From an uncultured delta proteobacterium (GTDB lineage: Bacteria; Desulfobacterota; Desulfuromonadia; Geobacterales; DSM-12255): a DNA stretch of 64,000 bases. Below, one piece after another: positions 1 to 8,683 of the stretch. The stretch spans positions 541,493 to 605,492 of the forward strand of contig CAWBBV010000007.1 in the NCBI GenBank assembly GCA_963787125.1, written 5' to 3'. Both the position numbers and the translations under genes were made by a program. Within the stretch, counting starts at the first letter, position 1; each line of letters begins with the position of its first letter. The notes below the pieces were generated by a model. It worked only from the letters and a program-made list of their open reading frames with translations, made no database searches and was not told where the DNA came from.

Positions 1-275
1 CCAAGTTCGGCCACGATATCTACCCCGGTTCAAAGCGGCTACTGGCCGGCCCGCCGGGTGAATCGGTCTTCTTCAGCCTCTACTACCTGACCACCGGTCT
101 CCACGGCCTGCACGTGCTGATCGGCGGGACGCTGCTGGGTTTTGTGGCGCTGCGGGTGCAGCAGGGGAAGATCGACAGCAGCAACTATTCCTGGCTGGAG
201 AACGGCGCCCTTTACTGGCACCTGGTGGACCTGATCTGGATATTTATTTTTCCGCTGTATTATTTGATTCTCTGA
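1..275 (+). CDS. coxC: Cytochrome c oxidase subunit III, 3' part (truncated by window edge)
   Basis: Frame from base 3 reads ...FFSLYYLTTGLHGLHVLIGG...LENGALYWHLVDLIWIFIFPLYYLIL*, with the TGxHxxHV and YWHxVD motifs of subunit III; TGA at 273-275. Not in the ORF track. Confidence 0.95.
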   Translation, partial: KFGHDIYPGSKRLLAGPPGESVFFSLYYLTTGLHGLHVLIGGTLLGFVALRVQQGKIDSSNYSWLENGALYWHLVDLIWIFIFPLYYLIL

Positions 276-326
276 TTCTGCTCTCTGATGTACAATGGTA
301 TCATTGATATCATGGAGGTAAACGCA

Positions 327-602
327 ATGGCCAGCACACGACAGCTAGGGCTTCGGCTCGATGAAAATGACAATCTGAGCCTCAAGCGGATAGCGCAGCG
401 CGAAGGCCGCACCGAGCAGGATATTCTCAGGGATTCGCTCCGGATGTACGTGCGCAGCGCCGACGAGCAGAAGGAATTTTTCGATTCCGTGGAACGCGGC
501 TGGTATGAACTCCGTTCCGGTCTTGGGGATGTCGTCGCGGAAAATGACGGTTTTTTCAATTCCATCCGCAAAGAGATCGGGAATGAAAAGACGACTGCTT
601 AA
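327..602 (+). CDS. Putative antitoxin, ribbon-helix-helix/CopG-like
   Basis: GGAGGT before ATG at 327; RQLGLRLDENDNLSLKRIAQREGRTEQDILRDSLRMY fits an RHH beta-alpha-alpha pattern; acidic C-terminus; overlaps the toxin-like ORF. Confidence 0.7.
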   Translation: MASTRQLGLRLDENDNLSLKRIAQREGRTEQDILRDSLRMYVRSADEQKEFFDSVERGWYELRSGLGDVVAENDGFFNSIRKEIGNEKTTA

Positions 603-924
603 GCGCTCCAGCGAATATAAAGCCAGAGTCAGGTCGTATGCGCTGGGGCTGGCAGAGCGGTACAGGCCGGAAATAGCCGCTGTGTTTCTGTCCAGAGTCG
701 AGGAGACCGAAGCGCTTCTCGACGCCAACAACTCTGCCGGGACCGATTCGCCGTACCTGCTCGCCGGGCAGCAGGTAGTCCTCAAGGAGCTCTATTTCGG
801 TTCCGGCCCGGTCAGGTATTGCCTGATTTACGAGGTGACGGATGAATATGTCGGCTTGATTTCGTTATGGCATGGTGTGGGTTTGAGGAAGTCAGGTACG
901 CTAATACGGCTATGGGGGGCATAA
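583..924 (+). CDS. Putative RelE/ParE-superfamily toxin
   Basis: 113 aa from ATG 583, overlapping the antitoxin; ends in YCLIYEVTDEYVGLISLWHG, typical of ParE/RelE C-terminal strands. Confidence 0.65.
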   Translation: MKRRLLKRSSEYKARVRSYALGLAERYRPEIAAVFLSRVEETEALLDANNSAGTDSPYLLAGQQVVLKELYFGSGPVRYCLIYEVTDEYVGLISLWHGVGLRKSGTLIRLWGA

Positions 925-1027
925 CCAACCGGGATATCAATTGCGTTGGCACGGGTAGCCTCTTTCATGAGATATTCATATAAACGTGGAATATGCAGAC
1001 TGCAGATTAATATGTTAGCTGCAAAAA

Positions 1028-1282
1028 ATGGACAAAAGAATGATTACTGCAATCGATAAACTTTTTATTTGGTCAATGTATGGAGGAATTGGGCTTCTTG
1101 CAATGACCCTGTGCGATAAGGACATCACGACAAGAGGACCAATCGGCTCTTCTATTTCGCTTGCGGTAGGATTTGTTGCTGTCTATTTATCTAGGCCGAT
1201 CTTGGCAAGTTTAGCCCGCTATCAGCTCGCTGTGATAATTGTCCTGTTATGGTGGTTTGTATTTTATCTCATGGCTCATTAA
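1028..1282 (+). CDS. Small hypothetical membrane protein
   Basis: 84-aa ORF with about three hydrophobic segments, in AT-richer DNA than the cox genes. Confidence 0.45.
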   Translation: MDKRMITAIDKLFIWSMYGGIGLLAMTLCDKDITTRGPIGSSISLAVGFVAVYLSRPILASLARYQLAVIIVLLWWFVFYLMAH

Positions 1283-1328
1283 CGCAACAGTTGCAGAATG
1301 GCAAATATTGTCAACTAAAGGTATCGCC

Positions 1329-1628
1329 ATGCCCCAACCAACTGATACACCGCAATCACCCCACATCATCAGCTACACCAAGCTGACTGCGGTCTGGCTG
1401 GTTTTGCTGGCCTTGACCGGGCTGACAATCTGGGTCTCGCGCCTCGACCTGGGGGTGAACCGGGTCTGGGGGGCGCTGGCTATCGCCTCGCTCAAGAGCG
1501 GGCTGGTGATCGCCTTTTTCATGCACATGAAGTACGAGGGGAAGCTGCTCCGCTGGCTGCTCTTTGTGGCGCTGTTGACCCTGGCTATCTTCATCGGCTT
1601 CACTTTTTTTGATGTGCTGTACAGGTAG
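1329..1628 (+). CDS. coxD: Cytochrome c oxidase subunit IV
   Basis: VWLVLLALTGLT...IASLKSGLVIAFFMHMKYE is the prokaryotic subunit IV signature; operon context. Confidence 0.9.
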   Translation: MPQPTDTPQSPHIISYTKLTAVWLVLLALTGLTIWVSRLDLGVNRVWGALAIASLKSGLVIAFFMHMKYEGKLLRWLLFVALLTLAIFIGFTFFDVLYR

Positions 1629-1630
1629 AA

Positions 1631-1659
1631 ACCTCCGAGGTTTTAAAAACCTCGGAGGT
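1631..1659. repeat. Perfect palindrome (REP-like)
   Basis: ACCTCCGAGGTTTT-A-AAAACCTCGGAGGT, with 14-bp perfect arms, between coxD and coxB. Confidence 0.85.
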
Positions 1660-1682
1660 CTGACAGTTGATAGGAAACTAAC

Positions 1683-2600
1683 GTGAACCCAGCCCTGCTC
1701 TCCACAACCGACGCGGTCGATCCGGTCTTCAAGTTCATCTTCGGCGCCTGCCTGCTGCTGCTTGGCGGCATTACGGCGACGGTGCTCTGGTTCGCCTTCC
1801 GTTATCGCCGCTCCCGCGCTCCGGAACCGACTTCGCAGGTGGAAAATAATTTCTGGCTGGAGACGATCTGGATCGTCCTGCCCAGCATTCTGGTCATGGC
1901 GATGTTCTACTACGGCTGGGCCGGCTATCTGACCCTGCGGACCGTGCCAAAGAATGCCCTGCCGGTGACCGCCACGGCGCGAATGTGGAGCTGGAACTTC
2001 AGCTATGCCAATGGCCGCACCAGCCCAAAGCTCTATGTCCCAGTGGGGAAACCGGTGGTCGTCGATCTGGTGTCAAGTGACATCCTCCACGGTTTTTTCA
2101 TCCCCGCCTTCCGGGTCAAGCGCGATGTGGTGCCGGGAATGAAGAACCATGCCTGGTTTGTGGCTGAAGTAGCCGGTAACTACGACCTGTTCTGCTCCCA
2201 GTACTGCGGCAAAGGTCACTCGGCGATGATTACTACTGTGGAGGCGCTGCCGGAGGCAGAGTTCACTGCCTGGCTGGAGCAGAAAGAAAAACGGGGAGCC
2301 GGAGCAGAGAAGCCAGACGGCGCCCGTCTGGCAAAAGAGAAAGGCTGTCTTGCCTGCCACTCCCTCGACGGCGTTCGCGGCGTCGGTCCGACTTTTAAAG
2401 GGCTTTACCGTCAGCAGCGCCTGGTGAAACAGGACGGCAAACTGGTGACGATTATTGCCGACGACGTCTATTTGCGAGAATCGATCCGCTCCCCCAATGC
2501 CAAAATCGTCGACGGCTTTCAGCCGATCATGCCGGCTATCAGTGACCTGACCGATGCCGAAGTCGAGGCACTGGTGGAGTACCTCAAGGGGGTTAAGTGA
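1683..2600 (+). CDS. coxB: Cytochrome c oxidase subunit II with C-terminal cytochrome c domain
   Basis: Two TM helices; CuA ligands DILHGF...CSQYCGKGHSAM; C-terminal CLACH heme c motif. Confidence 0.95.
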   Translation: MNPALLSTTDAVDPVFKFIFGACLLLLGGITATVLWFAFRYRRSRAPEPTSQVENNFWLETIWIVLPSILVMAMFYYGWAGYLTLRTVPKNALPVTATARMWSWNFSYANGRTSPKLYVPVGKPVVVDLVSSDILHGFFIPAFRVKRDVVPGMKNHAWFVAEVAGNYDLFCSQYCGKGHSAMITTVEALPEAEFTAWLEQKEKRGAGAEKPDGARLAKEKGCLACHSLDGVRGVGPTFKGLYRQQRLVKQDGKLVTIIADDVYLRESIRSPNAKIVDGFQPIMPAISDLTDAEVEALVEYLKGVK

Positions 2601-3529
2601 TGGCTACCGGTCCGGGAAGCTGCACAGCAACCGCTGCCGCCCTGCCGGCAGAGCGAACGCCAAGCCTCTTCGCAGCGCTCCTGCTGCTTTCCAAGCCGGG
2701 GATAGTTCTGGCCGAGACTGTTGCCGGTTTTATCGGGATGCTCCTTGCCAACAGCGGCCACTTGCCGCCAGCAGCGACTCTCTGCTGGGTGCTGCTGTGC
2801 CTGATTCTGGCTGCCAGCGGCGCAGCCATGGGTAATTGCCTTCTCGATGTCGCTACAGACCGGCTGATGCCGCGCCTGACAGCCAGAAACAGGGCACTGG
2901 CCACAGTCGGCAGTGAGCGGGTCCTGAGCCTTGTCCTGCTGTTGACCGGAGCTGCGTTCATAATCACGTTCCTTTTCCTCAACACCCTCACGCTCCTGCT
3001 GCTGGCAGCTGCCAGCAGCAGCTACCTGCTTCTCTATACTCTCTGGCTGAAACGGACCTCCCCCTGGGGAGTCTTCGCAGGGGGGATTCCCGGGGCGCTG
3101 CCGCCGCTGATCGGCGCTGCTGCTGTCAGCGGCCACGTTTCCGCTCCACCCCTGCTGCTCAGCCTGATCGTCTTTATCTGGCAGATGCCTCATTTCTGGT
3201 TTCTGGCACTGCACTACCGCGAGCAGTACGGTCGGGCGGGTATTCCGGTGCTGCCGGTGACTCACGGAATCGACCTGACCAAAAGACTCACGCTCTGCAG
3301 CTCTGCCGCACTGCTGCCCGCTTCGCTGGTTTTCACGCTGCTTCCCCCTTTTTCTTCCGGTTTCACATTGATCATCCTTCTGGCGGGGATTATCTTTCTG
3401 CTGCTCTGCTACCGCTGCCTTTACCGGACCGAAGATTATTACCGCGGTTTTATTGTCACCCTTGCCTATCTGGGCACTATCTTCACAGCGATTATTGTCG
3501 ACATTTCCCTGAAAATCATACGTTGCTGA
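2597..3529 (+). CDS. ctaB: Protoheme IX farnesyltransferase (heme O synthase)
   Basis: UbiA-family membrane protein: KPGIV, DRLMPR, YTLWLKR, GALPPLIG, WQMPHF, YGRAGIPVLP. Confidence 0.92.
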   Translation: MMATGPGSCTATAAALPAERTPSLFAALLLLSKPGIVLAETVAGFIGMLLANSGHLPPAATLCWVLLCLILAASGAAMGNCLLDVATDRLMPRLTARNRALATVGSERVLSLVLLLTGAAFIITFLFLNTLTLLLLAAASSSYLLLYTLWLKRTSPWGVFAGGIPGALPPLIGAAAVSGHVSAPPLLLSLIVFIWQMPHFWFLALHYREQYGRAGIPVLPVTHGIDLTKRLTLCSSAALLPASLVFTLLPPFSSGFTLIILLAGIIFLLLCYRCLYRTEDYYRGFIVTLAYLGTIFTAIIVDISLKIIRC

Positions 3530-3694
3530 AATGCCCGGATCAGCTTGATGAATGCCGCTCAAGTAATAAAAATCTCTGTAGCGGCTCTGAAAATCTGTGT
3601 TATTATCAGCAGGCTTGGCCCTGAAACTCTTTTACATACCAATTCAGCGACAATCCGGTAAAACCGGCAGATCATCCAAAAAGGAGCTAGCCCC

Positions 3695-4006
3695 GTGAAA
3701 AAAATGACAATAGTTACCCTTACCGCCGTAACCATGGTCTTGACCGCCGCCACTGTCTTTGCCGCTTCCGGCGAGGAACTCTTCAAGCAGCACTGTGCCG
3801 CCTGTCATCCCGATGGTGGCAACATCATCAAACCGCAAAAGACTCTCCACAAGAAAGATCTGGCAAAAGACGGTATCAAGGAGTGGAAAGGGGTCGTCAA
3901 GAGCATGCGCAATCCGGGCACCGGCATGACCAAGTTCGACGCCAAGACCATATCAGACAAGGATGCCAGAGCCATCGCCGAGTATGTTCTCAAGACTTTC
4001 AAGTAA
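3695..4006 (+). CDS. Periplasmic class I monoheme cytochrome c (c6/c553-like)
   Basis: Signal peptide, GEELFKQHCAACHPDGGN, distal Met in GMTKF. Confidence 0.9.
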   Translation: MKKMTIVTLTAVTMVLTAATVFAASGEELFKQHCAACHPDGGNIIKPQKTLHKKDLAKDGIKEWKGVVKSMRNPGTGMTKFDAKTISDKDARAIAEYVLKTFK

Positions 4007-4131
4007 TTCCAATTCCAAATCAAAGCGCCCTCATCGTTGGCTCGTCTTCGGCTTCTCAACATACTTAAATGTATGCCTTCGTCGCCTCAATCCTCGCCGC
4101 CTTGATGTCATCTCTGATTTGAAACTGGAAT
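4006..4131. repeat. ~126-bp palindromic dispersed repeat (MITE/REP-like), copy 1
   Basis: Imperfect terminal inverted repeats ATTCCAATTCCAAATCAAAG / CTCTGATTTGAAACTGGAAT; near-identical copy at 8682-8806. Confidence 0.85.
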
Positions 4132-4166
4132 AAGGACTGGTAAGTCGAGCGATGTTGTTATGAAAT

Positions 4167-4204
4167 AAAAGAGCCGGTCAGAATTTCTGACCGGCTTTTT
4201 TTTT
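4167..4204. terminator. Bidirectional intrinsic terminator
   Basis: AAAAG-AGCCGGTCAGA-ATT-TCTGACCGGCT followed by a T run, between convergent transcription units. Confidence 0.85.
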
Positions 4205-4224
4205 AGTTCTGACTGTAGGAGCTA

Positions 4225-5366
4225 GTGTTTAGTTGCAATAGTTAATATAAGTATTATACTGTCTCCATCCCACTAGAGATGGAGGTGTCATATGCCCAGG
4301 GTTGCAATAGCGCTAACTTGTGAGCCCAAGGTCGTGCAAGAGCTAGAGCGCATAAGCAGAAGCCGGACCGAAGAAATACGCATTGTGGAGCGAGTTAAAA
4401 TCATACTTTACTGTCTGTCCGGTAAGCGCAATGATGAGGTCGCAGCCGAGCTTGATACGCAAGCGCTGACTGTGGGCATCTGGCGTAAACGCTTTGCGGC
4501 TCATGGTCTTTCGGGTTTATACGACAAACCCCGTTCCGGCAAGCCAGCTAAATATCCAGCATTAGAGTTAAGGCAGCGCATACTCGCCAAGCTGGAAGAG
4601 TCTCCGCCAGCAGGTCTGGCGGCATGGGATGGCGGTGCACTGGCTAAAGCATTGGCGGTCTCAGATGATGTTGTCTGGCGCATACTGCGTAAAAACGGCA
4701 TTCAGTTGCGGCGACACCGTTCGTGGTGTGTCAGCACTGATCCTGAATTCTCGGTAAAGTCAGCCGACATAATCGGCTTATACCTGGCACCGCCACAGAA
4801 AGCATTGGTACTCTGTATTGACGAGAAACCATCTATACAGGCCTTGGAGCGGTCAACCGGTTATGTGCAGACAAGCAGCGGTAAAATTGTTCGCGGCCTG
4901 AAGAGCACCTATAAGCGGCATGGCGTCATCAATCTATTTGCAGCACTAGATGTTGCCGCCGGAACTATCCAGTCGAAAACAACTGTAACTAAAAAACGAC
5001 CGGACTTTCAGGCGTTTCTCGATGATATAGTGTCAACGGTTCCAGATGGTGAAGATATTCATGTAATTCTCGACAACTACTGTACACACAAGAAAAATGA
5101 AGATTGGCTGGCCTTACATCCCAATGTCCACTTCCACTTTACGCCGACCTCGGCCAGTTGGCTCAATCAGGTAGAAATATGGTTTGGGATACTTAGCCGT
5201 AAAACCTTATCTGGAGCCAGTTTCTCAAGCACGGAACAGTTGACGAATTCAATCGAAGCATTTATTGCCAGCTACAACGAAACCGCTTCTCCTTTTGTTT
5301 GGCGCAAACGAGAAGTCAGAGGCGCTCAGCTTAGAAATACAATAGCTAACTTATGCAATTAAACAC
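4225..5366 (+). mobile_element. IS630-family insertion sequence
   Basis: Ends cTA-GTGTTTAGTTGCA ... TGCAATTAAACAC-TAg (inverted repeat with 1 mismatch, duplicated TA in a CTAG site) enclosing one transposase ORF. Confidence 0.93.
4292..5362 (+). CDS. IS630-family transposase
   Basis: N-terminal HTH; DEKPSIQAL, ILDNYCTHK, HFTPTSASWLNQVEIWF DDE motifs. Confidence 0.97.
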   Translation: MPRVAIALTCEPKVVQELERISRSRTEEIRIVERVKIILYCLSGKRNDEVAAELDTQALTVGIWRKRFAAHGLSGLYDKPRSGKPAKYPALELRQRILAKLEESPPAGLAAWDGGALAKALAVSDDVVWRILRKNGIQLRRHRSWCVSTDPEFSVKSADIIGLYLAPPQKALVLCIDEKPSIQALERSTGYVQTSSGKIVRGLKSTYKRHGVINLFAALDVAAGTIQSKTTVTKKRPDFQAFLDDIVSTVPDGEDIHVILDNYCTHKKNEDWLALHPNVHFHFTPTSASWLNQVEIWFGILSRKTLSGASFSSTEQLTNSIEAFIASYNETASPFVWRKREVRGAQLRNTIANLCN

Positions 5367-6421
5367 TAGTAGGCGTGCTTGTCCCCCAGCACCTCTTCTG
5401 TTGTCACCGGCGCCTTGAAAATCCTGTAAACCCAGATTTTATAGCAGATGACAATCGGTACGACTATCAGGGCAACTACTGTCATCAGCTTCAGGGTAAT
5501 CAGGCTTGAAGACGAGTTGTAGATAGTCAGGTTTGACGCCGGATCAAGATTGGACGGCAGCAGGTTGGGGAAAAGTCCGGTTACCCCGGTAAAGACAACA
5601 AAGACGATGGTCAGACAGGAGAAGGTAAATGCTTTCCCTTTTTCACCCTTGGCGGCAAAGAGCTTGATCATGATAAGCGACACTACTGCAATAACCGGAA
5701 CAAGCAGAAGCACAGGCGCTTTCAGGTAATTGTCATACAGCTTTGTAGCCGGATAAGTGTAGCCAAGGAAAATGACTGCTACGACCAGCAGTGCCGGCCA
5801 GATCTTGTTGGCGAGCGCCAGGGCGCGGCTGCTCAAATCGCCGACGGTTTTGGCGGAGATGTAAAGTGAGCCATGCACCGCAAAGAGCAGGACGAACAGC
5901 ACGCCGGTAACCAGCCCATATGGATTCAGAAGGCCGATCAGCCCCCCTTCATAGGTGAACTGCAGATTTGCAAAATCATTGCGCATCGGAATCCCTTTGA
6001 AGATGTTACCAAAGGCAACGCCGAACAGCAGGGCCGGAAGGAAACTGGATACAATGATCGCCTTGTCCCAGGAACTTCTCCAGGTATCGCTGTCAATTTT
6101 TCCTCTGAACTCAAATGATACCCCCCGGACAATCAGCGCAAACAGCAGCAGAATCAGGGCGGAGTAGAGATTGCTGAACATCAGGGCATAAGTGGTCGGG
6201 AAAGCGGCGAATGTTGCGCCTCCGGCAGTCAGCAACCAGACTTCGTTACCGTCCCAGACAGGGCCGATGCTGTTAATCAGAATGCGTTTTTCTGTGTCGG
6301 TTTTGGCAATAATGCCGGAAAGAAAGCCGGTGCCGAGCACAAAGCCGTCAAGCATGAAGTATACTGCCCACAATACAGCCCAAAGTACAAACCATGTTAT
6401 CTGGTAAATGGAAATATCCAT
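5366..6421 (-). CDS. cydB: Cytochrome bd quinol oxidase subunit II
   Basis: YFMLDGFVLG, IGPVWDGNEVWL, RGVSFEFR motifs; follows cydA. Confidence 0.97.
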   Translation of the reverse strand: MDISIYQITWFVLWAVLWAVYFMLDGFVLGTGFLSGIIAKTDTEKRILINSIGPVWDGNEVWLLTAGGATFAAFPTTYALMFSNLYSALILLLFALIVRGVSFEFRGKIDSDTWRSSWDKAIIVSSFLPALLFGVAFGNIFKGIPMRNDFANLQFTYEGGLIGLLNPYGLVTGVLFVLLFAVHGSLYISAKTVGDLSSRALALANKIWPALLVVAVIFLGYTYPATKLYDNYLKAPVLLLVPVIAVVSLIMIKLFAAKGEKGKAFTFSCLTIVFVVFTGVTGLFPNLLPSNLDPASNLTIYNSSSSLITLKLMTVVALIVVPIVICYKIWVYRIFKAPVTTEEVLGDKHAY

Positions 6422-6424
6422 TGC

Positions 6425-7771
6425 TTATCCCCTCCCCTGAACATTGATGATATTGGTCAGATCGTTGTCCGGACCTTTCTTTGCGTATTTAACCAGCAGG
6501 AAGATATCTATTGCCCCCAGAACGCCATAAAGAACGGTGAATCCGATCAGGGAGAGGAGCACTTGTGTTGCAGTGACTGATGGTGAAACGCCTTGAGATG
6601 TTTTGAGAACTCCGTAGACAATCCAGGGCTGGCGGCCAAGTTCCGCTACTATCCACCCCATCTGCTGGGCGAGATAGGGAAGTGGGATTGAAAAAAGCAT
6701 GATATTCAAAAAAAGCCGGTTGTCTTCAAACCTGTCCCGTCTGGAGAGATATATCCCTGCCAGACTGGCAAGAATCATGAACGTGCCTATAGCCGCCATG
6801 CCCCTGAAACTCAAAAATACCGGTAACACCATCGGCCGCATTTCTTTCGGGACGTCATTAAGTCCCTTAACCACTCCGCTTGTGTCGTGATGTGCCATTA
6901 GACTGAGTAGCCCCGGAATGGTTGCTGTTTCGACCAGATTCCCTTCACCGAAGGGGTTTGGTAGAAGGAGTAGGCTCATGCCGGCATTGCTCTTTGTTTC
7001 CCAGACAGATTCCATTGCTGCAAATTTTTCAGGTTGAACTTTAGCGATTTCGACAGCATGAAAGTCACCGGTAACAGCGACTATGACAGAGGCTACAAAC
7101 GCCCAGACTGCTGCAAACCTGAAAGAGCGTTTGAAGAATTCAACTTCGTTCTTACGGAGAAGATGCCAAGCCGAGATTCCCATGATAAGAAACGCTGCCA
7201 GTGCATATCCGGAGAGGACAGTGTGCGAAAATTTGACTATGCCGTAATAGTTGGTGAAAACCGCTAATGGATCGGTCATCTCGGCCCTGCCATTACGAAT
7301 GGTGAAGCCGACGGGATGCTGCATCCAGGCGTTGGCCTGCAGAATAAAAAGGGCTGAAAGATTGGTGCCGATGGCAGCCAGCCAGATGGTGAGTGCGTGG
7401 GTTTTCTTGGAAACCTTTTTCCAACCGAAGATCCAGACACCGATGAAAACGGATTCGAGGAAAAAGGTCACTGTTGCTTCAACCGCCAGGGGGGCGCCGA
7501 AGATGTCGCCGACTATACGGGAATATTCGGACCAGTTGAGGCCGAACTGAAACTCCATGGTAATTCCGGTGACTACACCGAGGGCGAAGTTGATCAGGAA
7601 AAGCTTCCCCCAGAATTTGGTCATCCGCAGCCAGGTCTCGTCGCCGGTAGTTACATATTTTGTCTCCATCCAGGCAGTCATTATCGCCAGGCCGAGTGTC
7701 AGCGGGACAAATATCCAGTGAAACATACAGGTAGCCGCAAACTGTAACTGGCTCAAAAAAACAACGTCCAT
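6425..7771 (-). CDS. cydA: Cytochrome bd quinol oxidase subunit I
   Basis: FHWIFVPLTLG, GVVTGITMEFQFG, QPEKFAAME, GWIVAELGRQPW. Confidence 0.97.
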   Translation of the reverse strand: MDVVFLSQLQFAATCMFHWIFVPLTLGLAIMTAWMETKYVTTGDETWLRMTKFWGKLFLINFALGVVTGITMEFQFGLNWSEYSRIVGDIFGAPLAVEATVTFFLESVFIGVWIFGWKKVSKKTHALTIWLAAIGTNLSALFILQANAWMQHPVGFTIRNGRAEMTDPLAVFTNYYGIVKFSHTVLSGYALAAFLIMGISAWHLLRKNEVEFFKRSFRFAAVWAFVASVIVAVTGDFHAVEIAKVQPEKFAAMESVWETKSNAGMSLLLLPNPFGEGNLVETATIPGLLSLMAHHDTSGVVKGLNDVPKEMRPMVLPVFLSFRGMAAIGTFMILASLAGIYLSRRDRFEDNRLFLNIMLFSIPLPYLAQQMGWIVAELGRQPWIVYGVLKTSQGVSPSVTATQVLLSLIGFTVLYGVLGAIDIFLLVKYAKKGPDNDLTNIINVQGRG

Positions 7772-7849
7772 TCTTTACCTCCTCATACTTAGAGTTAAAT
7801 GTCCCTAACAGGACTTATTTTATCTCAAATGTGGACAAAAAAAAGGGGG

Positions 7850-8266
7850 TTACCCCGTTTTTTTTTCTTTTGCCAGATCTTCCAGGGTAACACTGTCGAG
7901 AATTGATGCTACCTCTCCCTGAATCTTTCTCCAGACCGGATGTACCGTGCACTGAGCTTCCCGGCTGCAATTCTCGTCTTCGGAAAGACAGCGATTGGGG
8001 ATTATCGGGCCTTCGACGGCCTCAACCACCTGACGCAGAGTGATCCTCGCCGCAGGTCTTCCCAAGAGAAAGCCGCCACCAGTGCCACGGAAGGAGTTTA
8101 CCAGCCCAAGCTTTGCAAAACTCTGGAAAATTTTCGCGAGGAATGTCTGGGACACACCGGTAGCTTCAGCAACTTCGCTGACAAGAATAACCTTGCCGAC
8201 CGGCTGTTTAGCCAGAAAAACAATGCCGCGAATTGCATATTCACCCTTGCGGGTTAACTCCATCAT
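7850..8266 (-). CDS. Rrf2-family transcriptional regulator (Fe-S type)
   Basis: EYAIR, SFRGTGGGFLL, C-terminal C-x6-C-x5-C-x2-H. Confidence 0.93.
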   Translation of the reverse strand: MMELTRKGEYAIRGIVFLAKQPVGKVILVSEVAEATGVSQTFLAKIFQSFAKLGLVNSFRGTGGGFLLGRPAARITLRQVVEAVEGPIIPNRCLSEDENCSREAQCTVHPVWRKIQGEVASILDSVTLEDLAKEKKTG

Positions 8267-8303
8267 CTTTGAGTCCTTAAAGACCTTTTTTATCCTTTTT
8301 ACT

Positions 8304-8324
8304 TTGACTGGGGAAAAGAGTCAA
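8304..8324. promoter_or_regulatory. Candidate Rrf2 operator overlapping the -35 of the rrf2-cydAB promoter
   Basis: TTGACT-N9-AGTCAA palindrome about 40 bp upstream of rrf2. Confidence 0.4.
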
Positions 8325-8344
8325 GCAGTTTCTGCTAAAGAGGG

Positions 8345-8683
8345 TCACTCTTCCGGTTTAAGACGGAGATTTTTTTTGAGGGAGGTGATCCGTTTGTGGG
8401 TGAGTCTCTTTTCGATTGAAGATCTGGTTGCCTTGGTGGCTATCCGTTTGCGCTTCTTTTGCAGCCGTTGGCGAAGGGCTGCTGCCAGCCTCTCCATGGC
8501 GACTTCACGATTGCGATATTGCGATCTGTTTTCTGATGCCTGGACGACGATGCCGGTGGGAAGGTGCCGAATTCTGACTGCCGAGTCGGTTGTGTTGCGG
8601 TGCTGCCCGCCAGGACCGGAGGCACGGAAAAATTCCAGGGTGATGTCGGACTCTTTTATCTCGATTGACAAAAACCACCTCAT
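8345..8683 (-). CDS. ArfB-like peptidyl-tRNA hydrolase (release factor GGQ domain)
   Basis: [11 protein letters not shown]...SQYRNRE plus basic tail KRIATK; the true start may be a few codons downstream. Confidence 0.85.
   Translation of the reverse strand: MRWFLSIEIKESDITLEFFRASGPGGQHRNTTDSAVRIRHLPTGIVVQASENRSQYRNREVAMERLAAALRQRLQKKRKRIATKATRSSIEKRLTHKRITSLKKNLRLKPEE

Noticed and set aside
919..1020. GCATAAC ... GTTAGCT as a possible integron attC site before the 84-aa ORF
   Set aside because: The internal arms do not pair into L boxes, there is no matching site after the ORF, and no integrase is present.
2519..3562. 347-aa minus-strand ORF
   Set aside because: Antisense shadow of ctaB with no recognisable motifs; the same applies to most short overlapping ORFs in the track.
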